Shown: positions 1 through 12,959, numbered from the stretch's first letter. The stretch is 64,000 bases of DNA from Mobula birostris (GCF_030028105.1 NC_092378.1:49138400-49202399), one strand, 5' to 3'. The notes: generated by a model not told the origin, from the sequence alone. Made by a program: numbers and translations.

Positions 1-785
1 CCTGACACCCCACTCGCTTCCGTGCCCGACACATTGTTGTCCATAACTCCGCCATCTTCAACAGGATCCCACCAGCAAACACAACTTTCTCTATCCCACA
101 ATTTCTTCAGGGATCGTTCCCTCTGTGACTCCCTTGTCGATTCATCCCTCCCTACATATCTCCCTCCTGGTACTTAACCTTGCAAGTGGAACAAGTGCTA
201 CACCTGCCCCTACACCTCCTCCCTCACTACAATTCAGGGCCCCAAACAGTCCTTCCAGGTGAGGTGACATTTCATCTGTGCATCTACTGGGTGTCATCTA
301 CTGTATCCAGTGCTCCCGGTGTGGCCTCTTGTGTATCGGTGAGACCGGATGTAGATTGGGAGACTGCTTCACTGAGCACCTACGCTTCGTCTGCCAGAAG
401 AAGTGGGATCTCCCAGTAGCCACCCATTCCCTCTCCGACATGGTCTCCTCTACCACCGCAATAATGCCACACTCAGGTTGGGGGAGCAATGCTTAATATT
501 CAGGCTGGGTGGCCTCCAATCTGATGGCATTGAATTCTCAGACTTCCAGTAATTGCCCCACACTCTCCTTCACCATTCCCCATTCCTATTTCCCTCTCTC
601 TTCTATCCCCTTGCCTGCCTATCACCTCCCCCTGGTGTTCCTCCTCCTTCGCTTTCTCTGATGGTCTTCTACCCTCTCCTCTCAAATTCCCCCTCCTCCA
701 GCCCTTTATACCTTTCACCAATCAACTTTCCAGCTCTTTACTTCACCCCCTCCCCCTCTCCTGGTTTCACCTGTCACCTGCCACC
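1..785 (+). mobile_element. Penelope-like element 3' fragment (GIY-YIG endonuclease end + pyrimidine-rich 3' UTR), degenerate
   Basis: ORF 278-496 GVIYCIQCSRCGLLCIGETGCRLGDCFTEHLR matches the PLE GIY-YIG motif; homologous to 38057-39360 and 41488-42680. Confidence 0.85.
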
Positions 786-1207
786 TCAGGCTTCTTCTGT
801 AGTACCCAAGATATCTTCAAGGAGCAGCACCTCAGAAAGGCAGCGTCCATTATTAAGGACCCCATCACCCAGGGCATGCCCTTTTCTCACTGTTACCATC
901 AGGATGGAGGTACAGAAACCTGAAGGCACACACTCAGTGATTCAGGAACAGCTTCTTCCCCTCTGCCATCTGATTCCTAAATGGACGTTGAACCCATTGA
1001 CACTACCTCACTTTTTGAAATATATATTATTTCTGTTTTTGCATTATTTTTAATCTATTCAATATACATTTTTATATACATGTATATATACACACACCCA
1101 CTGTAATTTATTTATTCTTTCTCTATTATCATGTATTGTATTGAACTGTTGTTGCTAAGTTAACAAATTTCATGGCACATGCTGGTGATAATAAACCTGA
1201 TTCTGAT
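786..1207 (+). mobile_element. Rex1/Babar LINE 3' fragment with (CTGATT)n tail
   Basis: AASIIKDPHHPGHALFSLLPSG-type ORF2 end; tail ataataaacctgattctgatt; near-identical to 35690-36087 and 22547-22895. Confidence 0.85.
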
Positions 1208-1390
1208 TCCTCCCTTCCTTCCACCTTCTCGTGTGACTCTTCATCTCTTTTCCCTGTCCCGATGAATGGTCTCAGTCCAAAATGTTGACTGTTTATTCAT
1301 TTCTATAGACGCTGCCTGACTTGTTGAGTTCTCCCAGCATGTTGTGGGTGCTGCTTTGGATTTCCAGCACCTACAGACTTTCTCGTATTT
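1208..1390 (+). mobile_element. Penelope pLTR fragment with degenerate hammerhead motif
   Basis: gtcccgatgaatggtctcagtccaaaatgttgact followed by gctgcctgac..gagttctcccagcat. Confidence 0.7.
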
Positions 1391-1579
1391 CAGCCTTTTA
1401 TCCGCTTTCTCATTGTCATCAAATGGGCAGCATTTCTACAAAGCAGGAATAATGGCAGTTGCACTTTCTGCAGACGTCCTCAGAACTTTGTTTGATTTAA
1501 GACATGTATGTGGTCCTTATGGTGAACAATGAGTATGTTAATAATTTAGCAATTTTGCCTAAATGTTGTCCAAATAGTC

Positions 1580-2243
1580 AGGAGGAGGAGAAGATGGCGG
1601 TGCGACGCAGTGATAAATAGCTGTAATCTGTCATGTAGGAGGCCATGTACAATCCTGATTTGATGGAGACGGATGTGAGAGCACAGAGGAACACCTGGTG
1701 AAACTTCTGAAATGCCTGCTTTGCTGCCGCTGCTACTGTGTGATCTGAAATCTCCGGTGGGGAAGGCCCCGAGTCCTTGGCTTTGCCTGTTGCTTGACGG
1801 CCGGAGCCGGGGCCGAAGCACTCAGCAGAGATGGTGCTCGGTGTCGGAGGGCTGGTCGGAGGCTCGAAGTTTTTGGACGGACTCAGAGTCGGACTGTGGT
1901 CGGGTGCTTCCAGGATGCTGCATCGGCAAGTTTGTGGCGCTGGAAGCTCATGGCAGGGAGAGTTTCTTCCTTCTACCGTCTGCGTGAGATGTTGGGGCTG
2001 TCAGGACTTTGAGGCTTTTTTTTACCATGCCCATGCTCTGCTCTTATCAAATTATGGTATTGCTTTGCACTGTTGTAACTATATGTTATATTTATGTGGT
2101 TTTTGTCAGTTTTAGCCTTGGTCTGTCTTGTGTTTCTGAGATATCATACCGGAGGAACATTGTATCATTTTTTAATGCATGCATTTCTAAATGACAATAA
2201 ACGAGGACTGAGTGTCCTCATAATCTAATCTAATCTAATCTAA
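1580..2243 (+). mobile_element. Non-autonomous retroelement (~670 bp), 5' GGAGAAGATGGCGG, (TAATC)n tail
   Basis: Second copy inverted at 27681-28362; LINE-like AATAAA plus microsatellite tail; no RT coding. Confidence 0.8.
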
Positions 2244-2379
2244 TGACTGAAGGGTTCGCTCCCATTGCTGGACAGTGGAAGCCAGCAGGCATAGATGGCA
2301 GTGCGGAGGGAATGCAGTGATCAAAGGGTGATGTAGGCAGTTTGCTTTTGCTTTATCTTTGCAGAACTGCAAGAACAAA

Positions 2380-3046
2380 CGAAAATAAGAAATAGGAGCA
2401 GGAGTAGGCCATCTGGCCCATCGAGCCTGCTCCGCCATTCAATAAGATCATGGCTGATCTGGCCATGGACTCATCTCCACCTACCTGCCTTTTCCCCATA
2501 ACCCTTAATTCCCCTACTAAGCAAAAATCTATCCAACCTTGTCATAAATATATTTACCGAGGTAGCCTCCACTGCTTCATTGGGCAGAAAACTCCACTCT
2601 CTGGGAAAAACAGTTCCTCCTCATCTCCGTCCTAAATTTCCTCCCCCAAATCTTGAGGCAATGTCTCCTAGTTCTAGTCTCACTGACCAGTGGAAACAAC
2701 TTTCCTGCCTCTATCTTATCTAACCCTTCCATAATTTTATATATTTCTGTAAGATCTCATCTCATTCATCTGAATTCCAGTGAGTATAGTCCCAGGTGAC
2801 TTATTCTCTCCTCATAGTCTAATCCCCTCAGCTCTGGAATTAACCTGGTGAATCTCCTCTGCACCGCCTCTAAAGCCAGTGTATTCTTTCCCAGGTATGG
2901 AGACCAGAGCTGCACACAGTACTCCAGATGCGGCCTCACCAGTATTCTGTACGGTTGCAGCATAACCTCCCTGCTCTTAAATTCAATCCCTCTAGCAATG
3001 AATGCCAACATCCCATTTGCCTTCTTGATAGCCCTCTGCCCCTGCA
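2380..3046 (-). mobile_element. CR1 LINE 3' fragment
   Basis: ORF 2766-3092 KKANGMLAFIARGIEFKSREVML..LVRPHLEYCVQLWSP; 3' stem-loop/tail at 2380-2440. Confidence 0.92.
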
Positions 3047-3605
3047 TCTGTGATAGAGGGACTATCACACTCCCTCTACAATCAATGGCCATCTAAGTGA
3101 AGGAACAAATACCACAGATAGTGGCCTAGGGTATACCAGACCACCTCTGCTCCTCAGCCACCCTGTAGAGTATCATTGACAGTATATTGGCACTCGGAAA
3201 CAAATCACCAGTGGATGTTTAGGAATGGGGAAGGAAGTATTTAACACAGTATCCTTCCTGAGGATATGAAAGGCCCCGAGCGTGTGACCGCCAGTCTTAG
3301 AGGTCCCACTGACCAACAACTAAATCTAATGTACTGACCAAAAGTGTGCTGTCTTCTTACTCAAGGGGAAGGATGTCAGAGGGATTGGCAAAGTAGATGA
3401 ATAGATATTAGCATGTTAAAATGGAAAAGATGAAACACTCTGAAGATAATTGTTTTATGGTAGAATATTCCTATGGGAACACTCTAATGACATAATTATC
3501 TTAGCCTCGGAATACTAGCATCTTTAACCTTTCATTTTGCTGAATGTTCCGACTTCTTGCCCAGGGATCATTTCATAAAATATCTAGGCTTTAAATGCAC
3601 ACATA

Positions 3606-4178
3606 CACCTAGTGGCCACTTTATTAGGTACACCTGTACACCTGGTCATTAACACAAATAATATGCAATCAGCTAATCATGTGGCAGCAACTCAATGCAT
3701 AAGAGCATGCAGACATGGTCAAAAGGTTCAGTTGTTGCTCAGATGAAACATCATACTGGGGAATAACTGTGATCTAAGTGACTTTTACCATGCAGTGATT
3801 GTTGGTGCCAGACGGGCTGGTTTGAGTATAACAGAAACTGCTGATCTCTTAGGATTTTCACACACAACAGTCTCTAGAGTTTACAGCGAGTGGTACAAAA
3901 TACAAAAAGTTATCCAATGAATGGCAGTTCCATGGAAAAAAGTGCCTTGTTAATTAGAGAAGTCAGAAGAAAATGACCAGACTTGTTCAAGCTGCCAAAA
4001 AGACGACAGGAACTCCAATAACCACATGTAACAACAGTGGTGTGTAGAAGAGCATCTCTGAATACACAACATATCACACCTTGAAGTGGATGGGCTACAG
4101 CAGCAGAAGACCATGAACATACACTAAGTGGACACTTTATTAGGTACAGGAGGTACTTAATAAAGTGGCCACTGAGTG
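3606..4178 (+). mobile_element. Tc1/mariner internally deleted element, ~26-bp TIRs, TA TSD, extra internal TIR
   Basis: TA-cacctagtggccactttattaggtac ... gtacttaataaagtggccactgagtg-TA; degenerate Tc1 N-terminal HTH coding (GARRAGLSITETADLLGFSHTTVSRVYSEW). Confidence 0.9.
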
Positions 4179-4483
4179 TACAACATTTGGTAGCAGGCTG
4201 TTTAACCATGACATAAGGGGAGGGAAAATTAGGTCTGAGATGACGAATGTTCTCAAAAATAGCTACATATGAAATTCTCAGCTTGGGTTAGCAGATAACT
4301 AATGATTGGAAATTAAAATACAGCTGATTTTAATCTCTTTTGCCAACACAAAGTATCTTTGCACAGGCCGTGAATCTTTATAACTCCTGACTCCCTTAGC
4401 TAGCTGATGGACAGATATTTTTTTTTTATTTGCCTAAATGTTCTGCACGACTTCGTAGCATGATTAAATTTGGATTAATCCAG

Positions 4484-4573
4484 ATTCCCACAGAGGAATG
4501 ATCAGACAGAAGCTGGCAGCAGGCCAACGAGAGAGAAATGAAGACAAGAACAAAGTCCCATTCGAGGAGACAG
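4484..4573 (+). other. Candidate 90-nt coding exon (phase 1-1) of an unidentified host gene
   Basis: ccag|AT..ACAG|gt; purine-rich block between T-rich flanks; single open frame (D)SHRGMIRQKLAAGQRERNEDKNKVPFEET; donor GTTTTA is weak. Confidence 0.3.
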
Positions 4574-6100
4574 GTTTTAGTTAATCTTCCCTTGCTTTGT
4601 GTGTTTTGCAATGGTTTGTTTTTCCATGGTTATGACTCTTGCTCAAACACAGCAGTGAGCGCAAGACATTGCTGTGTGTTTTCCTTCCTCCTACTGCTTG
4701 CTCAGTATGACCGGGAACCATTCCAGCTAACCCATTAATCAGCTTATCAGCTACTGCTGCTTAATACATCAACAGGTCTGCATTATTTGATACAGTTTCA
4801 ACCCGACTGCTAGCATAGATACTAGCACCATTGGACAACCAGCTCTTTTCTTTCTTCATTTTGGATCTTTTGACAACACATGGATCACGGGTTCAACAAA
4901 TAAATTAACTCTTCTGACAGTATAAAATGTCAGTCAGCATGACAGAGCTGCAGGGTTGACTGATACCAGATGAACCACATCTAACCAATGATGAATGTCG
5001 CCCATCTGGAAATCTGTCTTTGCCCCGCTTTAAGTTGTGCCTGCGTCATTTCCAACAATTTTGAAGTCAGATTTTCAGAGTGGTTTGCATTTTGTCTGGT
5101 TAATGTTATGTTTTGCATGAAATAGTGATTTTCCTTTCATCCCTGACCAAATTAGTAAGGGTCAACACAACAAAGCTTGTTGAGAGTGCAGCACATTTAA
5201 GTAGATGCTGGGTTATGATATTCTTTACAGATGTCTCATTCCCGTTTCATTTAAAACAAAGCAAATTAGAAATCTGGGGAGTGAGTCAAGATAGACAGAT
5301 AGGGAGAGGGAGAGGGAGGCCCAACTGAAGTTACAGAGTTAAAGATGAATCACGATGAGGTGATTTTGATTATAGGAGAAGGGACATAAAGTGTATACCA
5401 ATTACAAAGAATGATTTAAAGCTGCATGTGTTGCGATAATTCCAATACATCCACTAGGAATTCTCATACTAATTCATGTAAACTTTTAATAGTTCTGCTA
5501 AAGAACTTTGGGTGCCTGCATTTTCTTAAATATCTGTCTACTAAATTGAGCCATAGAACCAGAATGGAACAATGTTTATATGATTAAGTATCCTGTCAAT
5601 CTTCAGGCCTTACCACTTAGCAACTTGTGCTAGTATTATTTTGTGACTTTATGTGTTGGATTGTAACAGTATATACTGTGTGTGGGTGACTATATGTACC
5701 GCTGTTTTGTACCTGGGTCCTACAGGAACAATGTTTTGTTTAGGTGGATACATGTATATGGTTGAATGACAATAAACTTCAACTTGAACTAATTCTGAGG
5801 TGCACAGGTAGGGCGTTGTGGTCCGTAGATCCTCAAACAGAAGGCTGCATGAAGATTATTGCAGTTAATGATGGTCTTTGCAAAAGCGTTAGCCATTTGT
5901 AGCAGACAACAAGGAACTGATTGAGTCTGTGGAGGCATAAAGCTCATGAGCATTGGGAATTACCTTTTGGTTCCCATACACCCTTTGTGCCTTTTGATAG
6001 AGTTTTATTTTCCCAGAAACAAAACTGCTGTTTATTGTTGTAATATCTGATCTTGCTAAGACAAGGATTAACACTTTACATTGTTTTTTTTCCTCCAAAG

Positions 6101-6111
6101 ATCAGGCACAT
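6101..6111 (+). other. Candidate 11-nt microexon
   Basis: branch-like gattaac, ttgttttttttcctccaaag|ATCAGGCACAT|gtaagt. Confidence 0.4.
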
Positions 6112-6171
6112 GTAAGTGAGGGTCTCTTTATTCTGACTACTGTGTCAAATGGACTTCTTCTTGTCTGTAAG

Positions 6172-6967
6172 CATAGAGGTTAGAACATTACAGCATTGTA
6201 CTGGCCCTTCAGCCCATAATGCTGTGCCAGCCTTTTAACCTACTCAAAGATCAATCAATGCTTCCCTCCCACAAAATGCTCCCTTTTTCTTTCATCCGTG
6301 TGCCTATCAAAGAATCCTTTAAGGGTCCCTAATGTAACTGCCTCTACCATTACCACTGGCAATGTGTTCCATTGTGAAAAAAACCTGCCTCTGACATCCC
6401 CCCCCATACATTTGTCCTATCATCTTAACATTAAGCCCTTTCATATGAGCCATTTCCATCCTAGGAAAAACGTGCAGGTTTTTTTTGTCCCTTAGATCTA
6501 TGCCTCTCATCTTGTACACTTCTATCAAGTCACCTATCATCCTCCTTCTCTCCAAAGGGAAAATCCCTAGCTCGCTCAACCTTTCCTCATAAGGCATGCT
6601 TTCTAATCCAGGCAACATCCATTCAGTTCTCCTCTGCATTCTCTCTGAAGTTTCCACATCCTTTCTATAATGTGGTGACCAAATCTGCACACAATACTCC
6701 AAATTAGGCCTCACCACTGTCTTATACAACTTCAACATGACATCTCATTTCCCGTACTCAAAACGTTGATTTATGAAGGCCAGTGTGCCAAGAGCTTTCT
6801 CTACAACCCTCTCTACCTACGACGCCACTTTCAGGGAATAATGGATCTGTATCACCAGATCCCTTTGTTCTACCACACTCGTCAGTGGCCTACCATTCAT
6901 TGTGTAAGACCTACCCTGGTTGCTCCTACCTGTGTAAAATGTCTCACCTGCCTGTATTAACTTCCAT
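6172..6967 (-). mobile_element. CR1 LINE 3' fragment
   Basis: ORF 6319-6738 LKLYKTVVRPNLEYCVQIWSPHYRKD. Confidence 0.9.
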
Positions 6968-7149
6968 GTTTTGTCCTGGGTGGCATCGTCATACCCAAGT
7001 GATACAGGTAAGTGGAGGGTATTTTGTCTGACACCTGACTTGTCTCATTGTAATGCACAACTGATGGGTCATATGGGATGTAGACAAGACTGTCCGAGTT
7101 ATGACTGGATGTAGACATTGCATCACCTGTGATTGCACTCATGGTCAGC

Positions 7150-7470
7150 ACCTTTTTCCAAGGCAGAAATGGCTACTAGGAGAGGGCATAAATTTAAGGT
7201 GACTGGACGAAAATATAGGTTAGATGACAGAGATAGTTTTTTTATTTTTACACAGAGGGGGTTAAATGCCAGGAAGGTGCTGCTGGGATGGCGGCTGAGG
7301 AGGATACGTTATGGAAATTTAAAAGATTCTTAGATAGGCACATGGATGAAAGAAAAATGGAGGACCTTGTGGGAGGGAAAGGTTAGATTGAACTTGGATA
7401 GATTAAAGAGTCAACAAAACATTGTGAGCCCAGGGGTCTGTATGGTGCTGTGTATTGTATATTCTAGGAA
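7150..7470 (+). mobile_element. CR1 LINE 3' fragment
   Basis: FSKAEMATRRGHKFKVTG..FTQRG ORF2 C-terminus. Confidence 0.8.
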
Positions 7471-8329
7471 GGGAATTGATGAAGCAACTGAAAATTGTTT
7501 TTGGACACTGCCTTACGGAAGTCTCCCAGGGATATCCTGGGCCTGGGATGGTTGTGAACAACCATTACCATCTTCCTGTATGCAATGTATGACTCCAGCC
7601 AATGGATAGTTTTCTGTTTGCGTTCTGTCCTTGTCTTGTGTAATTCTTCATGGGTTGGATTTGAAAGCTGAACCAGCCAGTGACCTTCAGTGTTCAGACA
7701 TTATCCCCTAGCATCTGTAATGGCCTGCAGCTGTTAGTGTAAGCCACGTGGAATGGCCAAGGCTAGACCGGCCCGAAAATATTTTTAAAAACCTGAAAGT
7801 AGATAAAACTATGCTTTTTCACTTAGCTGAAAAGCTTCATGAGTCAGCTATTTTTAAACTCTTAAAAGCTTTTAGGCTTGTAAATCCCCTGGAAACATTA
7901 AGATAAAGTAAATTAACAAACCAATGAAGATATTTTTAAACAAGTATTTTTACAATGAACTATTACACAAGGCTTTTTTTTTAAGAGATTAATGAGCTAA
8001 TTAAAATTTATTTCTGTGTCTCTCACAGACACACCATAGCATTGCAATCTTTTTCCAGGTACAGAGAAACATTTCCTGTATCTGCTCAGAGAAACAAGTA
8101 TCAGCAAATTACCTTTGTAAGCCTTGGGCAATTTCCTGCTATGCTTCTCATCTCTTCGCTATTTTCAATGCTAATAACAACTACAAGGCAGCCTGCAGAC
8201 TTACATGGAACCACATACTCTTGGAAATTCTGAAGTTGCTGTTAGTTTCACAATGCAGTGACAATGAACAGATTACTGGTAGTTTCAATGTTATTGCAAT
8301 CACAAAATCTTGTCTCATTTTTCCTGATG

Positions 8330-8651
8330 AACACCTGCAAGACGCTGGAGGAACTCAGCAGGTCAGGTAGGATCTATAGAGGAGAATAAATACACAATGT
8401 TTCGGACCGAGACCCTTCATCGGGACTGGAAACATAATTTCACCTGTTACCTGCCAGCCTACACTCCTTCCCTTCCCCACACCTTCTTGTTCGAGCTTCT
8501 GCCCCCACCCCACTCCCCACCCCCCACCTTCCTTTCCAGTCATGATGAAGAGCCTCGGCCTGTAACATCAGCTGTTTATTCGTTTCTATAGTTGCTGCCT
8601 GACCTGCTGAGTTCCTCCAGCATTTTGTCTCCATTTCCAGCACCTGCAGAA
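8330..8651. mobile_element. Penelope pLTR insertion with inverted arms, degenerate hammerheads
   Basis: gctggaggaactcagcaggtcagg ... cctgacctgctgagttcctccagc; imperfect TSD tctcattttYcctRatg at 8313-8329/8652-8668. Confidence 0.8.
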
Positions 8652-8869
8652 TCTCATTTTCCCTAATGTTATGCATAACTGAAGGACCCATATTGGATTG
8701 AGATTAAGAGTTCATTGTCTCAAAATTTAATTGAATGGTCCTGTTTCTCAATTTTCAGCACTGACGAACTAAACATTGACTTTACCAGATTGAAATGTGA
8801 TAACCGTCTTCTTTGCGTCGTTTTGTATCACTCCTGTGTTGTCTGAGTGATTATTCTCTCTTCTTCCCC

Positions 8870-9180
8870 TCTCCCATCAGGCAGATGATACTAAAGCTGA
8901 AATCATGTACCTCAGGCTCAAGGATAAGTTCTATCCTGTCCTGTCGTTATCAGACTCTTGAATGGAGCTCTTGTACAATAAGACTTCACTATATACCTTG
9001 TTCTGGCCTTACACTTAATTGTTTATCTGCACTGCACTTTCACACTGCTGCTTTTACACTTTATTCTGCACTATTATTGTTTCACCTTATTCAAGACACC
9101 GTGTAGCCATTTGCTCTGTATGAAGAATACGCAAGAGAAGCTCTTCAATATATTGTTTCATGTAACAATAATAATAAACC
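8870..9180 (+). mobile_element. Rex1/Babar 3' tail, old
   Basis: cccatcaggcagatgatac..aggctcaaggataagttctat; tail acaataataataaacc. Confidence 0.65.
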
Positions 9181-9939
9181 ATAATAGATCATAAGCAAAA
9201 TATATTTGTTACCTGGGGACATCCATATTTCCTTTTATTCAAATAACTAAATTTAGATTCACCACCTGTTGTGGGAGTCGAGTTTATGCCTCTTGATATT
9301 CGTACCTCTAAATCACTAGCAATATACCCTCTGCAGTAATGCTGTCTTTAAAAAAAACTGACCTGATTTAACTGCTGATGGAAACTAAGACCCTTCACTT
9401 AATTTCTATTTGAGGCAGAAAGTGATTAAGCTGACCAAGTTTGCAGTGTTTGAGCTTTTAGAGGAAGCCTGTTTAGTAATCAGTTGGATAAATTGGCAGC
9501 TAAATGAGATCTAATTAGCTAATTCATTTGCATGTTCTATCCTCTTTTACATACTCCCAACATTTCATAACGAATAAGTGTGGTTGCATTCTTGGGGAAT
9601 TTTAATTTGTAAAATTATGACTAATGGTATATGATTAACCATCTACATGTTATCATGAAATCATTTTCCGGACGGGAATCATGTGTTTGAGCTGGAGCAT
9701 GGTGCTCATTTTCCAATTATCTTAATTTTATTTCCAAATGCAAATGAGATCCAATAGGATACTTGTATAATCTGTTTTTATTAGGATTGAGTAGCCTTGT
9801 AGAAGACTAATACTCTGAAACAGAGTGCATCTTGCAATTTATCATGAATAGATTGGTGGTAATTTGTTATTGGTTCCTTAAGGTTGTTATAGCCAGTGGG
9901 GCGGGGGCGGGGGCGGGGGCGCGTGGGTAGGGGCAAATG

Positions 9940-10161
9940 TAGAGGGGATAATCTCCCACTACCTGTTAAATGGTCCCAATGCATGTGTCTCATATAGCTT
10001 CTGACAACCAGGTCAGCTCCTGGCCTTCATGTGTGGCTTAGCTACTAAGCCTGGCGGAATAATTTCTGCTGACGGAAGAAGGAGCTAAAAGAGGTTACTG
10101 GCACCTTAAAACCAGTCACTTCAGGCAGATGAGGCTTATCAGCTGTGGTTGGCAGCTCACC
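9940..10161 (+). mobile_element. RTE-like 5'UTR-derived element, 5' half (continues at 14531-14850 after the CR1 insertion)
   Basis: tgtggcttagctactaagcc..ccttaaaaccagtc; the sequence appears to resume after the CR1. Confidence 0.5.
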
Positions 10162-10782
10162 TGAATATAGAACATAGAACATAGAAATCTACAGCACATT
10201 ACAGGCCCTTCGGCCCACAATATTGTGCCAGCCATGCAACCTACTCTAGAAACTGCTTAGAATCCCCCCAGTGCATAACCCTCCATTTTTCTAAGCTCCA
10301 TGTACCTATCCAAGAGTCCCTTAAAAGACCGTATCGTATCCACCTCCACCGCTGCCGCCAGCAGCCCATTCCATGCACCCACTACTCTCTGTGTGAAAAA
10401 CTTACCCCTGACATCCCTTCTGTACCTACTGCCATGGACCTTAAAACTATGCCCCCTCGTGTTAGCCATTTCAGCCCTGGAAAAAAGCCTCTGGTTATTC
10501 ACATGATCAATGCCTCTCATCATCTTATACACCTGTATCGGGTCACCTCTCATCCTTCATCGCTCCAAGTTGAAAAATCAAAGTTCACTCATCCTATTAT
10601 CATAGGGCATGCTCTCCAATCCAGGCAACATCCTTGTAAATCTCCTCTGAACTCTCTCTATAGTATCCATATCCTTCCTGTAGTGAGGTAACCAGCACTG
10701 AACACAGTACTCCAAGTGGGGTCTGACCTAAGTCTTACATAGCTGTATCATTACCTCACGGCTCTTGAACTCAATCCAATGG

Positions 10783-11520
10783 TTAACACACCATAAGCAT
10801 TCTTAACAATATTGTCAAACTGTGCAGCAGCTTCGAGTGTGCTATGAACATGGATCCCAAAATCTCTCTGATCCTCCACCCTGCCAGGAGTCTTACCGTT
10901 AATATTACATTCTGTATCCATATTTGACCTACCAAAATAAACCACTTCACACTTATCTGGGTTGAACTCCACCTGCCACTTCTCAGTCCACTTCTGCATC
11001 CTATCAATGTCCCACTGTAACCTCTGACAACCCTCCAGACTATCCACAACACCCTAACTTTTGTGTCTTCAGAAAGCTTACTAACCCACCCCCCTACTCC
11101 CTCATCCAGGTCATTTATAAAAATCACAAACAGGAGGGGCCCCAGAACGGATCCCTGTGGAACACCGCTGGTCACTGACCTCCATGCATAATACAAACCA
11201 TCTACAACCACCTTTTGCCTTCTGTGGGCAAGCCAATTCTGGATCCACAAAACAAGGTCTCCTTGGATCCCATGCCTCCTTACTTTCTGAATGAGCCTTG
11301 CATGGGGAACCTTATCAAATGCGTTACTGAAATCCACCCACACTACATCCACTGCTCTACCTTCATCATCGTGTTTTGTTACATCCCCAAAGAATTCAAT
11401 CAAGCTCGTATGGCATGACCTGCCCTTGACAAAGCCAAGCTGACTATCCCTAATCAGATTATGTCTCTTCAGAAGCTCATAAATCCTACATCTCAGAATC
11501 TTGTCTGACAACTTGCCCAC
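10783..11520 (-). pseudogene. CR1 ORF2 reverse transcriptase domain (disrupted; catalytic F/YADD degenerated to LSED)
   Basis: 245-aa ORF with non-LTR RT motifs. Confidence 0.9.
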
Positions 11521-12959
11521 TACTTAAGTAAGATTCAGTGGTCTATAATTTCCTGGGTTATCTCTACTCCCTTTCTTGAACAAGGGAACAACATTTGTAA
11601 CTCTCCAATCCTCTGGTACTTCTCCCATCCCTATTGATGATGCAAAGATCATCACCAGAGGCTCAGCGATCTCCTCTCTTGCTTCCCACAGTAGCCTGGG
11701 GTATACCTCGTCTGGTCCCAGTGACTTATCTAACAATGCTTTTCAAAAGCTCCAACACGTCCTCTTTCTTAATGTCTATATGCTCAAGCGTTTCAGTCCA
11801 CTGTAAGTCATCCCCACAATTGCCAAAGTCCTTTTCCCTGGTGAGTACTGAAGCAAAGTATTCATTAAGTATCTCTGCTACCTCCTCTGATTCCGTACAC
11901 AGATTTCCACTATTGCATCTGATTTGTCCTATTCTCACACGGCTCATCCTCTTGCTCTTCACAGACTTGTGGAATGCCTTGGGGTTTTTCTTAATCCTGC
12001 TCACTAAGGCCTTCTCATGATCTCTTCTAGCTCTCCTAATTTCATTCTTAAGCTCCTTCCTGGCAACCTTGTAATTTTCTAGAGCTCTAACAGTGCCTAG
12101 TTTCTTGAACCTTTTGTAAGCTTTTCTTTTTTTCTTAACTAGATTTTCTACACCCTTTATATACCATGGCTCTTTTGCTCCACCATCCTTTCCCTGACTC
12201 AATTGAACATGCCTATGAAGAATGCCATGCAAATGTTTCCTGAACATTTGCCACATTTCTGCCGTGCATTTCCCTGAGATGCACATCTGCCCCCAATTTA
12301 TACTCCCAAGTTTCTGACTAGTAACATCAGATTCCACCCCCCCCAACCCAATTAAATGTTTTCCCAAATTGTCTGCTCCAATCCCTCTCCAGCACTATGG
12401 TAAAGGAGATAGAGTTGTGATCACTACCTCCAAAATGCTCTCCCACCGAAAGATCTGACACCTGACCAGGTTCATTTCCCAATACCAGATCAAGGACAGC
12501 CTCTCCTCTAGTTGGCTTATCTACATATTGTGTCAGGAAACCTTCCTGAACATATGTAACAAACTTCACCCCACCTAAACCCCTTGCTGTAAGGACATGT
12601 TAGCCAATATTAGGAAAGTTAAAATCACCCATCACAACAACCCTATTATTATTGCACTGTTCCAGAATCTATGTCCCTATCTGCTCCTTGACATCTCTAT
12701 TATTTGGGGGGGGGGGCTATAAAACACCCAGTAGAGCAATAGCCCCCAACCTATTTCTGCCTTCCACCCACACTGACTCAGTAGACAATCCCTCCATGAC
12801 TTCCTCCTTTTCTGCAGCTGTGATACTATCAATGCCACACCCCCACCTCTTTTGCCTCCCTCCCTGTCCTTTTTGAAATGTTTAAAGCCTGGCACACTCA
12901 GCAGCCATTCCTGCCCCTGAGACATCCAAGTCTTTGCAGTGGCCACAAAGTCATAGTTC

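Noticed and set aside
553-1053. 166-aa Pro/Ser/Leu-rich ORF, and similar ORFs at 38208, 58278, 62533 and 63107
   Set aside because: Read-through of pyrimidine-rich Penelope UTRs and TE junctions; not host genes.
4632-4670. SECIS-like ATGA..AAA..GA downstream of a TGA
   Set aside because: The 3' GA of the quartet is not positioned opposite AUGA (the stem is followed by CATT).
6990-7015. Strong CAG|GTAAGT donor at 7008; also minus-strand donors at ~31510 and ~48435
   Set aside because: No matching acceptor or open exon found; they lie in or beside TE remnants.
9897-9934. (GGGGGC)n G-quadruplex/Sp1-like run as a promoter
   Set aside because: No CpG island; a short G-rich expansion at the edge of a repeat.
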